A stretch of 64,000 nucleotides of DNA from a virus (taxonomy: Duplodnaviria > Caudoviricetes). Both the position numbers and the translations under genes were made by a program. Of this stretch, positions 49,371 through 58,460 are shown in pieces; position 1 is the first letter of the stretch, and each line of letters opens with the position of its first letter. The stretch spans positions 1,862-65,861 of IMG/VR virus record IMGVR_UViG_3300030060_008569. One strand, given 5' to 3'. Below the pieces are notes generated by a model. The model was not told the origin of the DNA. It ran no database searches and saw nothing but the letters and a program-made list of their open reading frames with translations.

Positions 49371-50567
49371 TTAAATATCACCATCTGCGGCTCTGTAGCT
49401 TTTCTTGACTTTTCCGCCGCGTTTCATTTTTAAAAACATATTAACTCTTGCCATTGCCCAGCCACCACGAGACATTCCCGGCCTGTGGCTTTGAGAAAAC
49501 GCTCCGGCTCCTCGTCGGTAGACTTTCTTTAGTTGGGACAGGGTAACTTTCTTTTTGTGTTTTGCATTGTGTTCTTTAATCTTGTTTTTCAAAGAACTCA
49601 AAACCTTGGCTGAAAAGGTTATCTTGCCTCCGCCCTTTCCGGCAGACCCTTTTTTATTTTTATCAGAGCCCTTTTTTCTTTCACTTGGTTTGGCTGGTGT
49701 CTGAGCGCCTGACTTACGTCCGGGCCTTTTCTTTGCAGCTTCAGCCTCTTCTTTGTAAAGGTTGATATCTTCAAGACTCATAACTTCATCGTATTCTTCT
49801 TGAGTCATTTCGTATGAAGCGTCGGCAGTTTTCTTTTGCCTTATGTATGGAAGAATTACAGGCTCTTCATCTTCGGCTTTTGATTTATTTTTGGCTTTTT
49901 TCAGTTGCTCTGGGGTAGGTGCACCTTTGTCACCCTTCTTCCTCATTTTTTCTCCAGAACCTTTTTTAATTCTCTCTCTTTTCTTGTGGATGTTTTCCCA
50001 AAGACTAGCCTCTGAATCCTCTTCTTTTTCTTCTTTGCCCTTATCTTTTTCTTCAGACTCACCTTCTTTTTTCTTGCCCTTCTTTTTCAAAATTTGTTTT
50101 TGAAGGGCAGGGGGGAGTTCTTTTTGCTTTTTTGTTAAAGCGGCCTCACTAGGCTCGCACTGACAATCATCATCTTCTGTAACTTCTTCTTCTACGAATG
50201 CTAAAGAGGGGTTTTGCTCCAAAAGCTTGTCATGGTCAAAGAAGGTTTCGCCGTCCCACTCGTAGTCAAGAACTTCGGAGCCTTCCACTTTTTTACCGGC
50301 CCTCCATTGGCGACACGACCAGTAGCGAGCTTTAGTTTTTGGGCCGGGATTGTCGCAGTTATGTCTGGCTCTGAAATTTTTTCTACGAGCTGGGTCATCC
50401 CTTTTGATTTCCATGTTAGGGTCGCCAAAGTTCACCTTAACCACGTTGCCCTTCTCGTTCTTAACGTAAACAGAGAATTTTTTGGGGCCGCCGGGAGTTC
50501 TAAAGGGCTTGTTTAAAGTCTTCTTTTCCTTGGCCTCAATAATTTTTTGAGTAAAATCAATTTCCAT
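49371..50567 (-). CDS. multidomain basic phage protein (DUF6321-like N-terminus, DUF5824-like C-terminus)
   Basis: KKF.VYV...V.FGDP.M....DP.RR..FRARH.C and LKKVYRRG.GA....HRPG.....WA.ARVN; family names recalled, not searched. Confidence 0.6.
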   Translation of the reverse strand: MEIDFTQKIIEAKEKKTLNKPFRTPGGPKKFSVYVKNEKGNVVKVNFGDPNMEIKRDDPARRKNFRARHNCDNPGPKTKARYWSCRQWRAGKKVEGSEVLDYEWDGETFFDHDKLLEQNPSLAFVEEEVTEDDDCQCEPSEAALTKKQKELPPALQKQILKKKGKKKEGESEEKDKGKEEKEEDSEASLWENIHKKRERIKKGSGEKMRKKGDKGAPTPEQLKKAKNKSKAEDEEPVILPYIRQKKTADASYEMTQEEYDEVMSLEDINLYKEEAEAAKKRPGRKSGAQTPAKPSERKKGSDKNKKGSAGKGGGKITFSAKVLSSLKNKIKEHNAKHKKKVTLSQLKKVYRRGAGAFSQSHRPGMSRGGWAMARVNMFLKMKRGGKVKKSYRAADGDI

Positions 50568-50736
50568 GCTATTTCCTTCTATTTGTAAATATACTAGCTT
50601 CCCAATAATCTCTAAAGAATTTTTTAATATTTTTTAGCCTTCTTCTACGCCACTGGCGACTAAATAAGTGTCTAAATAAATTTTTAATTCTTCGCCACAT
50701 GCTTTTATCTCCACACCCGCATACAGCTAATTACAC

Positions 50737-50769
50737 AAAAAAGGCCCACAGGTGAAAGCCTGTGAGCTT
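50737..50769 (-). terminator. intrinsic terminator
   Basis: CACAGG/CCTGTG stem, followed by a U-tract on the minus strand. Confidence 0.6.
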
Positions 50770-51012
50770 GATAGTATTAAAATAATGTTTTTTAAATTAT
50801 TCTGTGACTTCGGTGCTCTCCGAGGTTTCCTCTGTAGGAGTCGTTGAGTCGATGTTGACTAGCCTAGTGATGGCATAGCCTGTGAATACGAAGTTTAGAG
50901 CGAGAAGAATAATAGCAATTCTCGCGTATGTAGTGCTGATAGTTGTCATTTTTTCCATAATAGTATTATTTAATTAATACCCCAGCTAAAACTAGGGAAT
51001 AGTAGGACTGTA

Positions 51013-51366
51013 CTAAGTGATTTCTAATTCAATTGATTTATGCCTTTCTTGTTTTTTAAGTGTTAAATATAACATGCCGTTTTTATATTCAACGGACGCA
51101 TTGCTCGGGTTTGATTTTTTTGGAATGTAAGCTGTGCTGCTATATTTGTGACCGTCCTGCTCGGCTGTGACCTTTAACAGCCCACCGTCTATTGACACGT
51201 TTATATTCTCCTTTTCAATTCCAGCCATATTAATCTGGCAAGAGTAAGAAGATTCATCTTCGCTCCAGTAGCTGTCTGGCTTTTTGTACCTGCCGTTAGT
51301 AACAAGTAGGTCGTTCCATGAGTCCATTACGTCCCACATTCCATTGTCTAATAGTGATAATTTCAT
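51013..51366 (-). CDS. small heat shock protein (Hsp20)
   Basis: MAGI.KENINVSI.GG.L.V.A, A.VEYKNGMLYLTL.K. Confidence 0.88.
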   Translation of the reverse strand: MKLSLLDNGMWDVMDSWNDLLVTNGRYKKPDSYWSEDESSYSCQINMAGIEKENINVSIDGGLLKVTAEQDGHKYSSTAYIPKKSNPSNASVEYKNGMLYLTLKKQERHKSIELEIT

Positions 51367-51395
51367 ATTGCCTTATAAAAGCACCTGTCATGCCA

Positions 51396-51421
51396 ACAAA
51401 AAACCCCCAAAAAATGGGGGT
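51396..51421 (-). terminator. intrinsic terminator
   Basis: ACCCCC/GGGGGT stem, followed by a U-tract on the minus strand. Confidence 0.55.
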
Positions 51422-51463
51422 ATTACCTCAATGGTGAGACCAGTTGACCCTTATCTAGATGAG

Positions 51464-51904
51464 TCAAAACTTCTCTTTGTTTACTTTTTCTTGCTCCTTG
51501 TGCCAGTCTACACCTTTAGGAAGCAGCTCGTAAAACGCATCCCAGCATCTCCAAGGCCCTTTAGAGCCAATGGGCTTGCTAAAGTCGGCCTGAAAGTGCC
51601 AAACCATTCTGCCATCTAAAATCCACCTTTTGTCTACAATGACCCATGTATATTTAGCTAAATACTCTTTTCCATTTGCGCTTGTTCTGAAAGTCCACAG
51701 CGGTAGTCCCGCTTCGTTTTTTTCATGGAAGTTTACTTTTTTCTTAAATTTCCTTAGAATAAAATCTGGAGTTTTATTTTCAAAGGCTTCTACAACTAAA
51801 TGCTTATTGAAATTTCCATCACCTTTAAATCGAGGCTTTGCTAGCTCCGCCGAGCTGGCTAGAAATGTTAAAGTTAGTGTTGTTAGGATTATCTTCTTTA
51901 TCAT
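51464..51904 (-). CDS. secreted hypothetical protein
   Basis: Signal-peptide-like N-terminus; leaderless promoter at 51911-51939. Confidence 0.65.
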   Translation of the reverse strand: MIKKIILTTLTLTFLASSAELAKPRFKGDGNFNKHLVVEAFENKTPDFILRKFKKKVNFHEKNEAGLPLWTFRTSANGKEYLAKYTWVIVDKRWILDGRMVWHFQADFSKPIGSKGPWRCWDAFYELLPKGVDWHKEQEKVNKEKF

Positions 51905-52056
51905 GCATACACTATAGCATGTTTTTTAAGAAATGTCAAGAACCTTTTTTCTTTTTACCCCAATCAATACTATCGTAATTATCTTTAAAATCTTTAGAGT
52001 AGCAGTTTCTTGGAGAATCCCCTTTACCGTTCAAAGGCTTCTTTTGTTTTGGCTTT

Positions 52057-52923
52057 TTAGGTTTTCTTTTTTTCATCACTTCCAGAGGACCGCACATCGT
52101 ATATGCTTACCTTAAACGTGTCTCCAGTTTTGGGATTCGAAACTAAAAAAGTATCTTCATCTAACACAGAAACTACTTTGCCCTTCCATTGGCTTTCTTT
52201 TCCGCTCTCCACTAAAACGCTCTTACCAACCATTTTTTTATTGTAGTCGATTTTGTTCATTGTTAAATCTCCAATAAATTTTCTTCGTCCTCTTCTGCGT
52301 ATTTGAATATCAATTTGGCGGAGTCAAATTCTTTTTTTAGTATGCCCGCTGTATTGGGATTCTTCGCCACGATATTCTGAACAGCGTCTAAGTAAACCGC
52401 TCTTACATTAGCTAGTTTTTGCTTGTGCTTGCATTTACAACCTTTACCAACGGCCTCTTGGTGAGACAAGATGTTCATAACCCAAGGCAAGCTATACTGA
52501 ATTGTTGGATTTGCTTTGAACCAGTCGGTTAAACTTTTGATAGTTATTACCTTCTCTTCACTCATACGATTCCCTCATAAATTTTTTAAATTTAAAATAA
52601 AAGGATAGCGATAAATAAAATATTAAGAAAAATACTAATAAATTTTCTAGATAAAAAGCAGCACCCGCAGATAGCCAAGTTGTTAGACATATAGGGCAAG
52701 AGATTAATTTAACTAAAAAGTTGTCGGCATATTTAACCTCTAAAAAATCAGAGTAATTTATGCCTACACTTTCTTGAATTTTGTAATCTTCAAATTTTGC
52801 ACCCAAAAATGTGCGAGCATACTCAACAAAAGCGTTGGTGTCGTTCCATATAATGAGAATAAAACAAATTATAAGGGAGGCGATAGATGAGTCTAGTATC
52901 AAAATTGTTAAGTCAGTTGTCAT
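52057..52923 (-). CDS. three hypothetical proteins (52057-52260; 52263-52565 with GCKC; 52558-52923 membrane protein with CPIC..W, DUF1360-like)
   Basis: Abutting co-oriented ORFs. Confidence 0.6.
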
Positions 52924-53339
52924 ACTTTTATTAGTTCAATGTCATAAAATTTAAAAATATCGTGAGCGAGCGAATCTTTGTCGTACTCTTCCGCGTAAAT
53001 AACTGTTGGGATTTTATAAGCCGCTATTAAGGTGGCGCAATAAGAGCAGGGAAGAAGGGTTGATGCTAATATATTGCACTCATCTATTTTCACCATAGAT
53101 AGACAATTTGCTTCAGCATGAATCATAAATGGCCTCCTTTTGTCCCTGTCGCCCCAGAAAGACGCCTTGTTCCAAGGATTTATTGTTTTTCCTGACGCTA
53201 GCCCATTGTACCCTAAAGCTAAAACTCTCCCATTTTTATCTAAAGCGCAAGCGCCAACTTTTTTGTAGGGGTCTTCGCTTCTTAAGCTAGCTGTTTTGGC
53301 AAGCTCAAGAGCATACTCCTTCCAAGTTACTCGGCTCAT
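52920..53339 (-). CDS. dCMP deaminase
   Basis: RSED...KVGA, GYNG, HAEAN, PCSYC. Confidence 0.92.
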   Translation of the reverse strand: MSRVTWKEYALELAKTASLRSEDPYKKVGACALDKNGRVLALGYNGLASGKTINPWNKASFWGDRDKRRPFMIHAEANCLSMVKIDECNILASTLLPCSYCATLIAAYKIPTVIYAEEYDKDSLAHDIFKFYDIELIKV

Positions 53340-53348
53340 TTGACTTGT

Positions 53349-53642
53349 TTAAGAATCGCAGGAATCTGAACCGCAGCAAGTTTCATTTTGGCACGGTAAG
53401 TCAGCTCTCCTGTAAACTGTTTTAGGTCGTCCAGTGCGAGGCTTAATTTTACCAACCGAAACTAAATCCCCATTTTTTACAGCCTTATTTATCTTGGCGT
53501 GGATAGAAACTCTAGACAGCTTCTTCTCTAAGCTATTGTATATCTCTTCTGCGGTAAATTCATTTGTTGGCCACTCAACCAAGAATGACGGCCTTCCCCT
53601 CTTACTTTGAGTTTTTTCTGTACTATTGCTATTTTCGTTCAT
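53349..53642 (-). CDS. winged-helix DNA-binding protein
   Basis: RGRP, FTAEEI...LSRVSI, GRPKTVY; promoter at 53652-53680. Confidence 0.65.
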   Translation of the reverse strand: MNENSNSTEKTQSKRGRPSFLVEWPTNEFTAEEIYNSLEKKLSRVSIHAKINKAVKNGDLVSVGKIKPRTGRPKTVYRRADLPCQNETCCGSDSCDS

Positions 53643-53725
53643 AACAAATATATCATAACCTATTTTTTAAGAATTGTCAAAAACTTTTTTTAGAAAATAA
53701 CAGTAAATTCAATTTACAATACATA

Positions 53726-54148
53726 ATGACAGTAACAGACTGTACAAATAGTCTATTCGTATGGTTCCAGAACAACGATTCATTTGAAATAAATGAGGAC
53801 TTCAATAAAGTAATACTTTTATCGGAGGATAAAGGTAGAGATTCCGCAGCCTTAGAGCTGGCCCTAGAGCGCCTAGAAACCGCTGAACTAATCAAGTCGA
53901 AAGAAATGGGTGAAAAAAAATATTGGATACTCAATAAATCTTTTAACAATTTTGAGTCTACCGTTTCGATAGACGCAACTCTTTCATCTGAAATAGCAGA
54001 AGATATAAACCAATTTTGCGAAATTATTGGTGACGATACCGACAAATGCGACTCGTCAAATATCACCTCTAAAGATATACAGAATTTACTTTTTATGTAT
54101 AGGCAAGCTAAAAATATAGTTGGCAAGCAAGCTGCGGATGAAAATTAA
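53726..54148 (+). CDS. hypothetical protein
   Basis: First gene of the plus-strand block. Confidence 0.65.
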   Translation: MTVTDCTNSLFVWFQNNDSFEINEDFNKVILLSEDKGRDSAALELALERLETAELIKSKEMGEKKYWILNKSFNNFESTVSIDATLSSEIAEDINQFCEIIGDDTDKCDSSNITSKDIQNLLFMYRQAKNIVGKQAADEN

Positions 54149-54185
54149 TTTTGACTTTGAATCAAAAATAGTATAAGGTCATAAA

Positions 54186-54545
54186 AAATTTTTAAGCTCG
54201 CTGGGAACCATCAGTGGAGTTTACCTAAGATAGCTGAAGTAAAGTAAGCGTGGCAGTTGGCCTACTGCCGAATCAAGGGATGGCTGGTTACAGACTGCAT
54301 GTAGCCAAAAGACACTCGGTTAGTTACCGAGGTTTACCCCATCGTTAGCGAAAGCTAGGTGGCCTAACGTAAGAGGAGTTTTCTGTGGTACGGTCTCTCC
54401 CGCCATTACGGTAGTTAGGTTCAGTTTTAAACTGATTTGCAGCGTGTGTGGAATATCCCATCCATTTAAAAAACATTGGGCTTCAAAGAAAAAGCAGCAC
54501 ACGTTACACAGCATCTCCCCCTTCATGGGGGGTGTTGTGTCTTTG
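54186..54545 (+). ncRNA. candidate large structured ncRNA (~350 nt)
   Basis: Own TTGACT-17-TAAGGT promoter at 54151-54179; at least 8 helices including a GAAA tetraloop; closing long hairpin; next gene has its own promoter. Confidence 0.55.
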
Positions 54546-54614
54546 CTTAAAGAAAAATTAACACACGCATATTAAAACATTGAAATACTACCAAAAAAGT
54601 GATACTATCAAAAA

Positions 54615-55184
54615 ATGGTTATTGGTTTAGCTGGAGTTGCCGGTAGTGGAAAGGATACCTTCTATTCTGTCCTATCTTCTAAGATTAAAGCTAATAGGTT
54701 CTCGCTGGCCGATAAGCTCAAGGAAGAAGTTAGACCTTGGTGTTGGAAGCATTACGGTATAGACCCTCTTAATTGTCACCGCCATGAGAAAGAACTCATT
54801 CGTGATTTTTTAGTATTTCATGCTAAACACATGAGAGAGAAAACCAATGGTCGATATTGGGTAGACAAGATAGATGATGAGGTTAGAAGTAGTACGGAAA
54901 AATATAAGATTATTACAGACATTCGTTATGATGATTACGATAATGATGAGGTTAGCTGGCTGAAGAATGAGTTAGGGGGTGTCCTTGTGCATATATCAAT
55001 GGTAAAGGGCGACGGCTCTCTTGTGCAACCTGCGAATTCGGAAGAGGCTAGGAACAACCCGAAGTTAATAGAAAAGGCAGATTATAAGATTAAATGGCCT
55101 TATAAGAGTGGTTATGATGATATTAATGTAGAGCTTTCCCCGTATGTTGAAGAATTCATGTTTCAGTCTCAGGTAGGGTATTAA
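54615..55184 (+). CDS. deoxynucleoside monophosphate kinase
   Basis: IGLAGVAGSGKDT, SLAD.LK, R......YW, ITDIRY..E, SE; leaderless promoter at 54580-54608. Confidence 0.85.
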   Translation: MVIGLAGVAGSGKDTFYSVLSSKIKANRFSLADKLKEEVRPWCWKHYGIDPLNCHRHEKELIRDFLVFHAKHMREKTNGRYWVDKIDDEVRSSTEKYKIITDIRYDDYDNDEVSWLKNELGGVLVHISMVKGDGSLVQPANSEEARNNPKLIEKADYKIKWPYKSGYDDINVELSPYVEEFMFQSQVGY

Positions 55185-55238
55185 TAAAATAATTTAAATA
55201 TAATATTTAATTAACCGTCTTTATATTTAGACCTAAAT

Positions 55239-55841
55239 ATGAACGACGAAGAACTAGTCCTCAAGGTAAAAGAGCACAAATGTAACGAAAGTTTAAAGAA
55301 ATTAATAATAAAGCATTCCCCGCTTTGTTTTAATATTTACAAAAGGTATTCGTCTACATTATCTAAATTCTCGGGCGGACTAAGCTCTTCTGAGATGAGA
55401 AACGAAAAAGACTTCATAATCTATAAATCTTGCATTTCATACAATCCTGAAAAAAAGGTTAAATTCTCAACGTGGCTAGGTAATTTTGCTAGATACTATT
55501 GTCTCAACCAGATAAATAAAAATAAGAATTTAATCAGCATGGAGGACTCTGATTTACAGTTCTACGTGGACAAGAAGAATGGGGAAGAGTCGATTAATTT
55601 ACTTCAAGAAACACCCGAGGTATTCCGCGAGTATGTGTTGAATATTTTACTACAGATAAAAGACAAGAGGATTGTGGAGGTATTTAAACTTAGATATTTC
55701 AGCGGAGACTCTAAGAAAACTTGGAACTCAGTTAGCAGAAAGCTTGACATCAGCATACAAACAGCTATAAATTTGCACCAGAAAGGAATAGGAATCTTAA
55801 GAAATAAAATTAAATCAAAAGATTTATTAGATTCTATTTGA
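55239..55841 (+). CDS. sigma-70-like phage sigma factor
   Basis: YNPEKKVKFSTWL (region 2) and FKLRYF...TW..VS..L.IS (region 4 HTH). Confidence 0.75.
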   Translation: MNDEELVLKVKEHKCNESLKKLIIKHSPLCFNIYKRYSSTLSKFSGGLSSSEMRNEKDFIIYKSCISYNPEKKVKFSTWLGNFARYYCLNQINKNKNLISMEDSDLQFYVDKKNGEESINLLQETPEVFREYVLNILLQIKDKRIVEVFKLRYFSGDSKKTWNSVSRKLDISIQTAINLHQKGIGILRNKIKSKDLLDSI

Positions 55842-55874
55842 CTTTAAACCAAAAACTAAGTAATATAAACACCT

Positions 55875-56180
55875 ATGAATAACGACTCAAGTAATACATC
55901 ACAAGAGAACTCCACAAAGCAACAGAACGAAGAGTTGGGCGCGCTCTGGAAGCGTACATCAAGGAACAACATGACATATCTGGCTGGGCATATCAAAGTC
56001 ACACAGCCCGATGGTACAGAGAAGACTGAAAAAGTTGTCGTGTTTAGTAATCAGCACAAGAAGGCTGATAATCAACCAGACTATAGGGTGTACATCTCTA
56101 ACTCTAACCCGCGTCAGGATAGCGGAGTATCTCAACCAAGTCAGCAGCAGACTCAAGTCTCTGATGAAGAGTTAATGTAG
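55875..56180 (+). CDS. DUF736-like putative ssDNA-binding protein
   Basis: LGALWKR.S....YL.G, N..K....PDYRV, acidic tail; promoter at 55838-55866. Confidence 0.65.
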   Translation: MNNDSSNTSQENSTKQQNEELGALWKRTSRNNMTYLAGHIKVTQPDGTEKTEKVVVFSNQHKKADNQPDYRVYISNSNPRQDSGVSQPSQQQTQVSDEELM

Positions 56181-57272
56181 ATGAGTAAACTCTGCATAAA
56201 CGCACAAGTAAATCCACTCTCTATGGGGCAAATCACAATTGCCCTCATTAGAGAGGTTTTACGTCAAAAACTAGACATCTCTTTATTTTTAAGGGGAGAG
56301 CAAAACCCTGAAACGGAAGGGGATGCCGAAGCCATTAAGAGGGCTATAGGTGAGCTGGCCGTACATTCCGAGCTAAACCATTCTTACAAAGACTCCTTTG
56401 AGTTAGATATATGGCATCTTAACACAACCGCGCTCTCTCGACTTTCAGAGCGAAAGTCTTTACTTTCTTTCTACGAGCTTGACAGTCCAACGAAAATGGA
56501 GCTTAATGTAGCGAAGAATCAAGATATATTATATTTTTCCAGTCAATACTCTTGCGATGTTTTTGAAAACGCTGGAGCAGATAACGTAAAGTACCTCCCT
56601 TTATTTTTTGACAGCGTTAACTTTAAAACGCTCAATAAGAAATACTTTTCAGACGATAGGGTATCTTTCAACCTAGCCGGTAAATTTGAAAACAGAAAGC
56701 ATCACAAAAAAATTATACAAGCTTGGGCTAAGAAGTACGGAAACAATAAGAAATATTACCTGAATTGCGCTCTGTATAACACTTTCCTGAGTAATGATGA
56801 TAATAGAAAATCTATAGTAGAAGCTCTAAACGGAGAGTCTTATTTTAATATTAACTTTCTCTCCAGAATGCCAACAAACGCCATCTACAACGACTATTTA
56901 AACTCATCTAATATTATGATTGGAATGTCAGGTGGCGAGGGGTGGGGTCTTCCGGAGTTTCAGTCAGTAGCATTAGGCAAACACTCGGTCATACTAAACG
57001 CTCATGGCTATAAGGGTTGGGCTACTAACGAGAACTCAGTCCTAGTAGAGCCTTGGGGTAAAACATCATCGGAAGATGGGGTGTTCTTTGCGCCCAATCG
57101 ACCTACGAACCAAGGCCAACTTTTCGATTGGAAAGAAGATGATTTCATAGATGGGTGCGAGGAGGCAATTAAAAGGGTGGAAAGCGACCCAGTAAACCAT
57201 GAAGGACTTAAATTACAACAAGAGTTTACTACGGAAAAAACGCTCTCAATCATAATGAAAGACATGTCATAA
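56181..57272 (+). CDS. GT-B glycosyltransferase (GT4)
   Basis: GKFE.RK, S.GEGWGLP.F...A.GK. Confidence 0.85.
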   Translation: MSKLCINAQVNPLSMGQITIALIREVLRQKLDISLFLRGEQNPETEGDAEAIKRAIGELAVHSELNHSYKDSFELDIWHLNTTALSRLSERKSLLSFYELDSPTKMELNVAKNQDILYFSSQYSCDVFENAGADNVKYLPLFFDSVNFKTLNKKYFSDDRVSFNLAGKFENRKHHKKIIQAWAKKYGNNKKYYLNCALYNTFLSNDDNRKSIVEALNGESYFNINFLSRMPTNAIYNDYLNSSNIMIGMSGGEGWGLPEFQSVALGKHSVILNAHGYKGWATNENSVLVEPWGKTSSEDGVFFAPNRPTNQGQLFDWKEDDFIDGCEEAIKRVESDPVNHEGLKLQQEFTTEKTLSIIMKDMS

Positions 57273-57991
57273 TGACTGAAGAAGAATCTAAAAACAATAT
57301 AGAAATTCAGTCTCTCATCAAGGAATTGAATCCTGAGACTTTGTTTTCACCGGAATGGAATAATAGGGTTTTTCAAAGCATCGTTCCAACAGGCGGAGAG
57401 AAGTATGATAGCGAGAAGATTAACATGTTTAAGATAGAAAACTTCTTAAGCAAGGCTGAATGCGAAGATATAATCTCTACATATAAAACTAAAACTGAAG
57501 TTGCTGAAACAACATCCGAGGACGAGGAGTACCGAACTAGTAAAACCTGCATGATTAACTCATTCACTGAGCATGAGCTACTCAAAAAGTCCATTTCACT
57601 TGACATCAAAATTAGCAACACATTGAACCTTCACCCATCAATGTCAGAAGGTATAGAGTTTGAATATTTCAAAAGCGGCGACTTCTTTAAACCTCACGTA
57701 GATTTTTTTGCCATAGAACCGCAAGGGCAAGCAGGGGCCGAAGAATTAATTTCTAGAGGCCAGCGCACTTGGACGGTTGCGATTTATCTTAACTCCCCAG
57801 CTAAAGGTGGAGATACTGTTTTCAGTAATTTAGATTTAAGAATCACCCCAAAGATGGGTACATTAGTATGCTGGAACAACCTAAATAATGATGGCGAGAT
57901 AACATCCGATTACATACACGAAGAGGAGATGGTCGCTAAGGGTTATAAGGCTATACTAACTAAATATTACAGAGATAAAAGGTGTCAATAA
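57272..57991 (+). CDS. prolyl 4-hydroxylase-like 2OG-Fe(II) oxygenase
   Basis: ENFLS..EC, RTS, F.PHVD, QR.WT..IYLN....GG.T.F, P..G....W.N, H......G.K. Confidence 0.85.
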   Translation: MTEEESKNNIEIQSLIKELNPETLFSPEWNNRVFQSIVPTGGEKYDSEKINMFKIENFLSKAECEDIISTYKTKTEVAETTSEDEEYRTSKTCMINSFTEHELLKKSISLDIKISNTLNLHPSMSEGIEFEYFKSGDFFKPHVDFFAIEPQGQAGAEELISRGQRTWTVAIYLNSPAKGGDTVFSNLDLRITPKMGTLVCWNNLNNDGEITSDYIHEEEMVAKGYKAILTKYYRDKRCQ

Positions 57992-57992
57992 T

Positions 57993-58364
57993 ATGCCTAT
58001 ATACCTTTTCAAATCCCCAAAAACACAAGAGGTTATAGAGGTTGTTCAGAAAATGTCTGAGCCTCATGTGTATGTAGACGATGACGGCTTAGAGTGGCAA
58101 AGGATATTTCTAAACCCAAATATGTCTGTGGATTCAGAGAACGACGGCACTGAAGAGGGGTTCTTAAGGTATACAAGTAACAGAAAAGGAACGCTAGGGG
58201 ATATCTGGGACGCTTCTCGCGAAGCAAGCGAAAAGAGGAAGCAAGCCACTGGCCACGACGCTGTTCAAGAAAAATACCACGAAGATTTTTCTAAAAAACG
58301 AAAAGGTAAACTGGCTCCAGAAGACAAAAAAAATCAAGCCGGTGGTCTCGACATTACACTGTAA
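57993..58364 (+). CDS. FmdB-like regulatory protein (Cys-less)
   Basis: MPIY.F......E.IEV.QKMS.......W.RIF. Confidence 0.5.
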   Translation: MPIYLFKSPKTQEVIEVVQKMSEPHVYVDDDGLEWQRIFLNPNMSVDSENDGTEEGFLRYTSNRKGTLGDIWDASREASEKRKQATGHDAVQEKYHEDFSKKRKGKLAPEDKKNQAGGLDITL

Positions 58365-58460
58365 TTAGGTGTTTCGATTTTAATTTCTTCTCTGAGTATT
58401 TTTTTCTTCCATCCAAATCAAAAATGATGTAATATAACTTTACATCGGGAATGGATTAGA

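Noticed and set aside
53677-54126. 149-aa minus-strand ORF
   Set aside because: Shadow of 53726-54148(+)
54320-54526. 68-aa minus-strand ORF
   Set aside because: Lies within the hairpin-rich segment, opposite its promoter, and has no protein-like features
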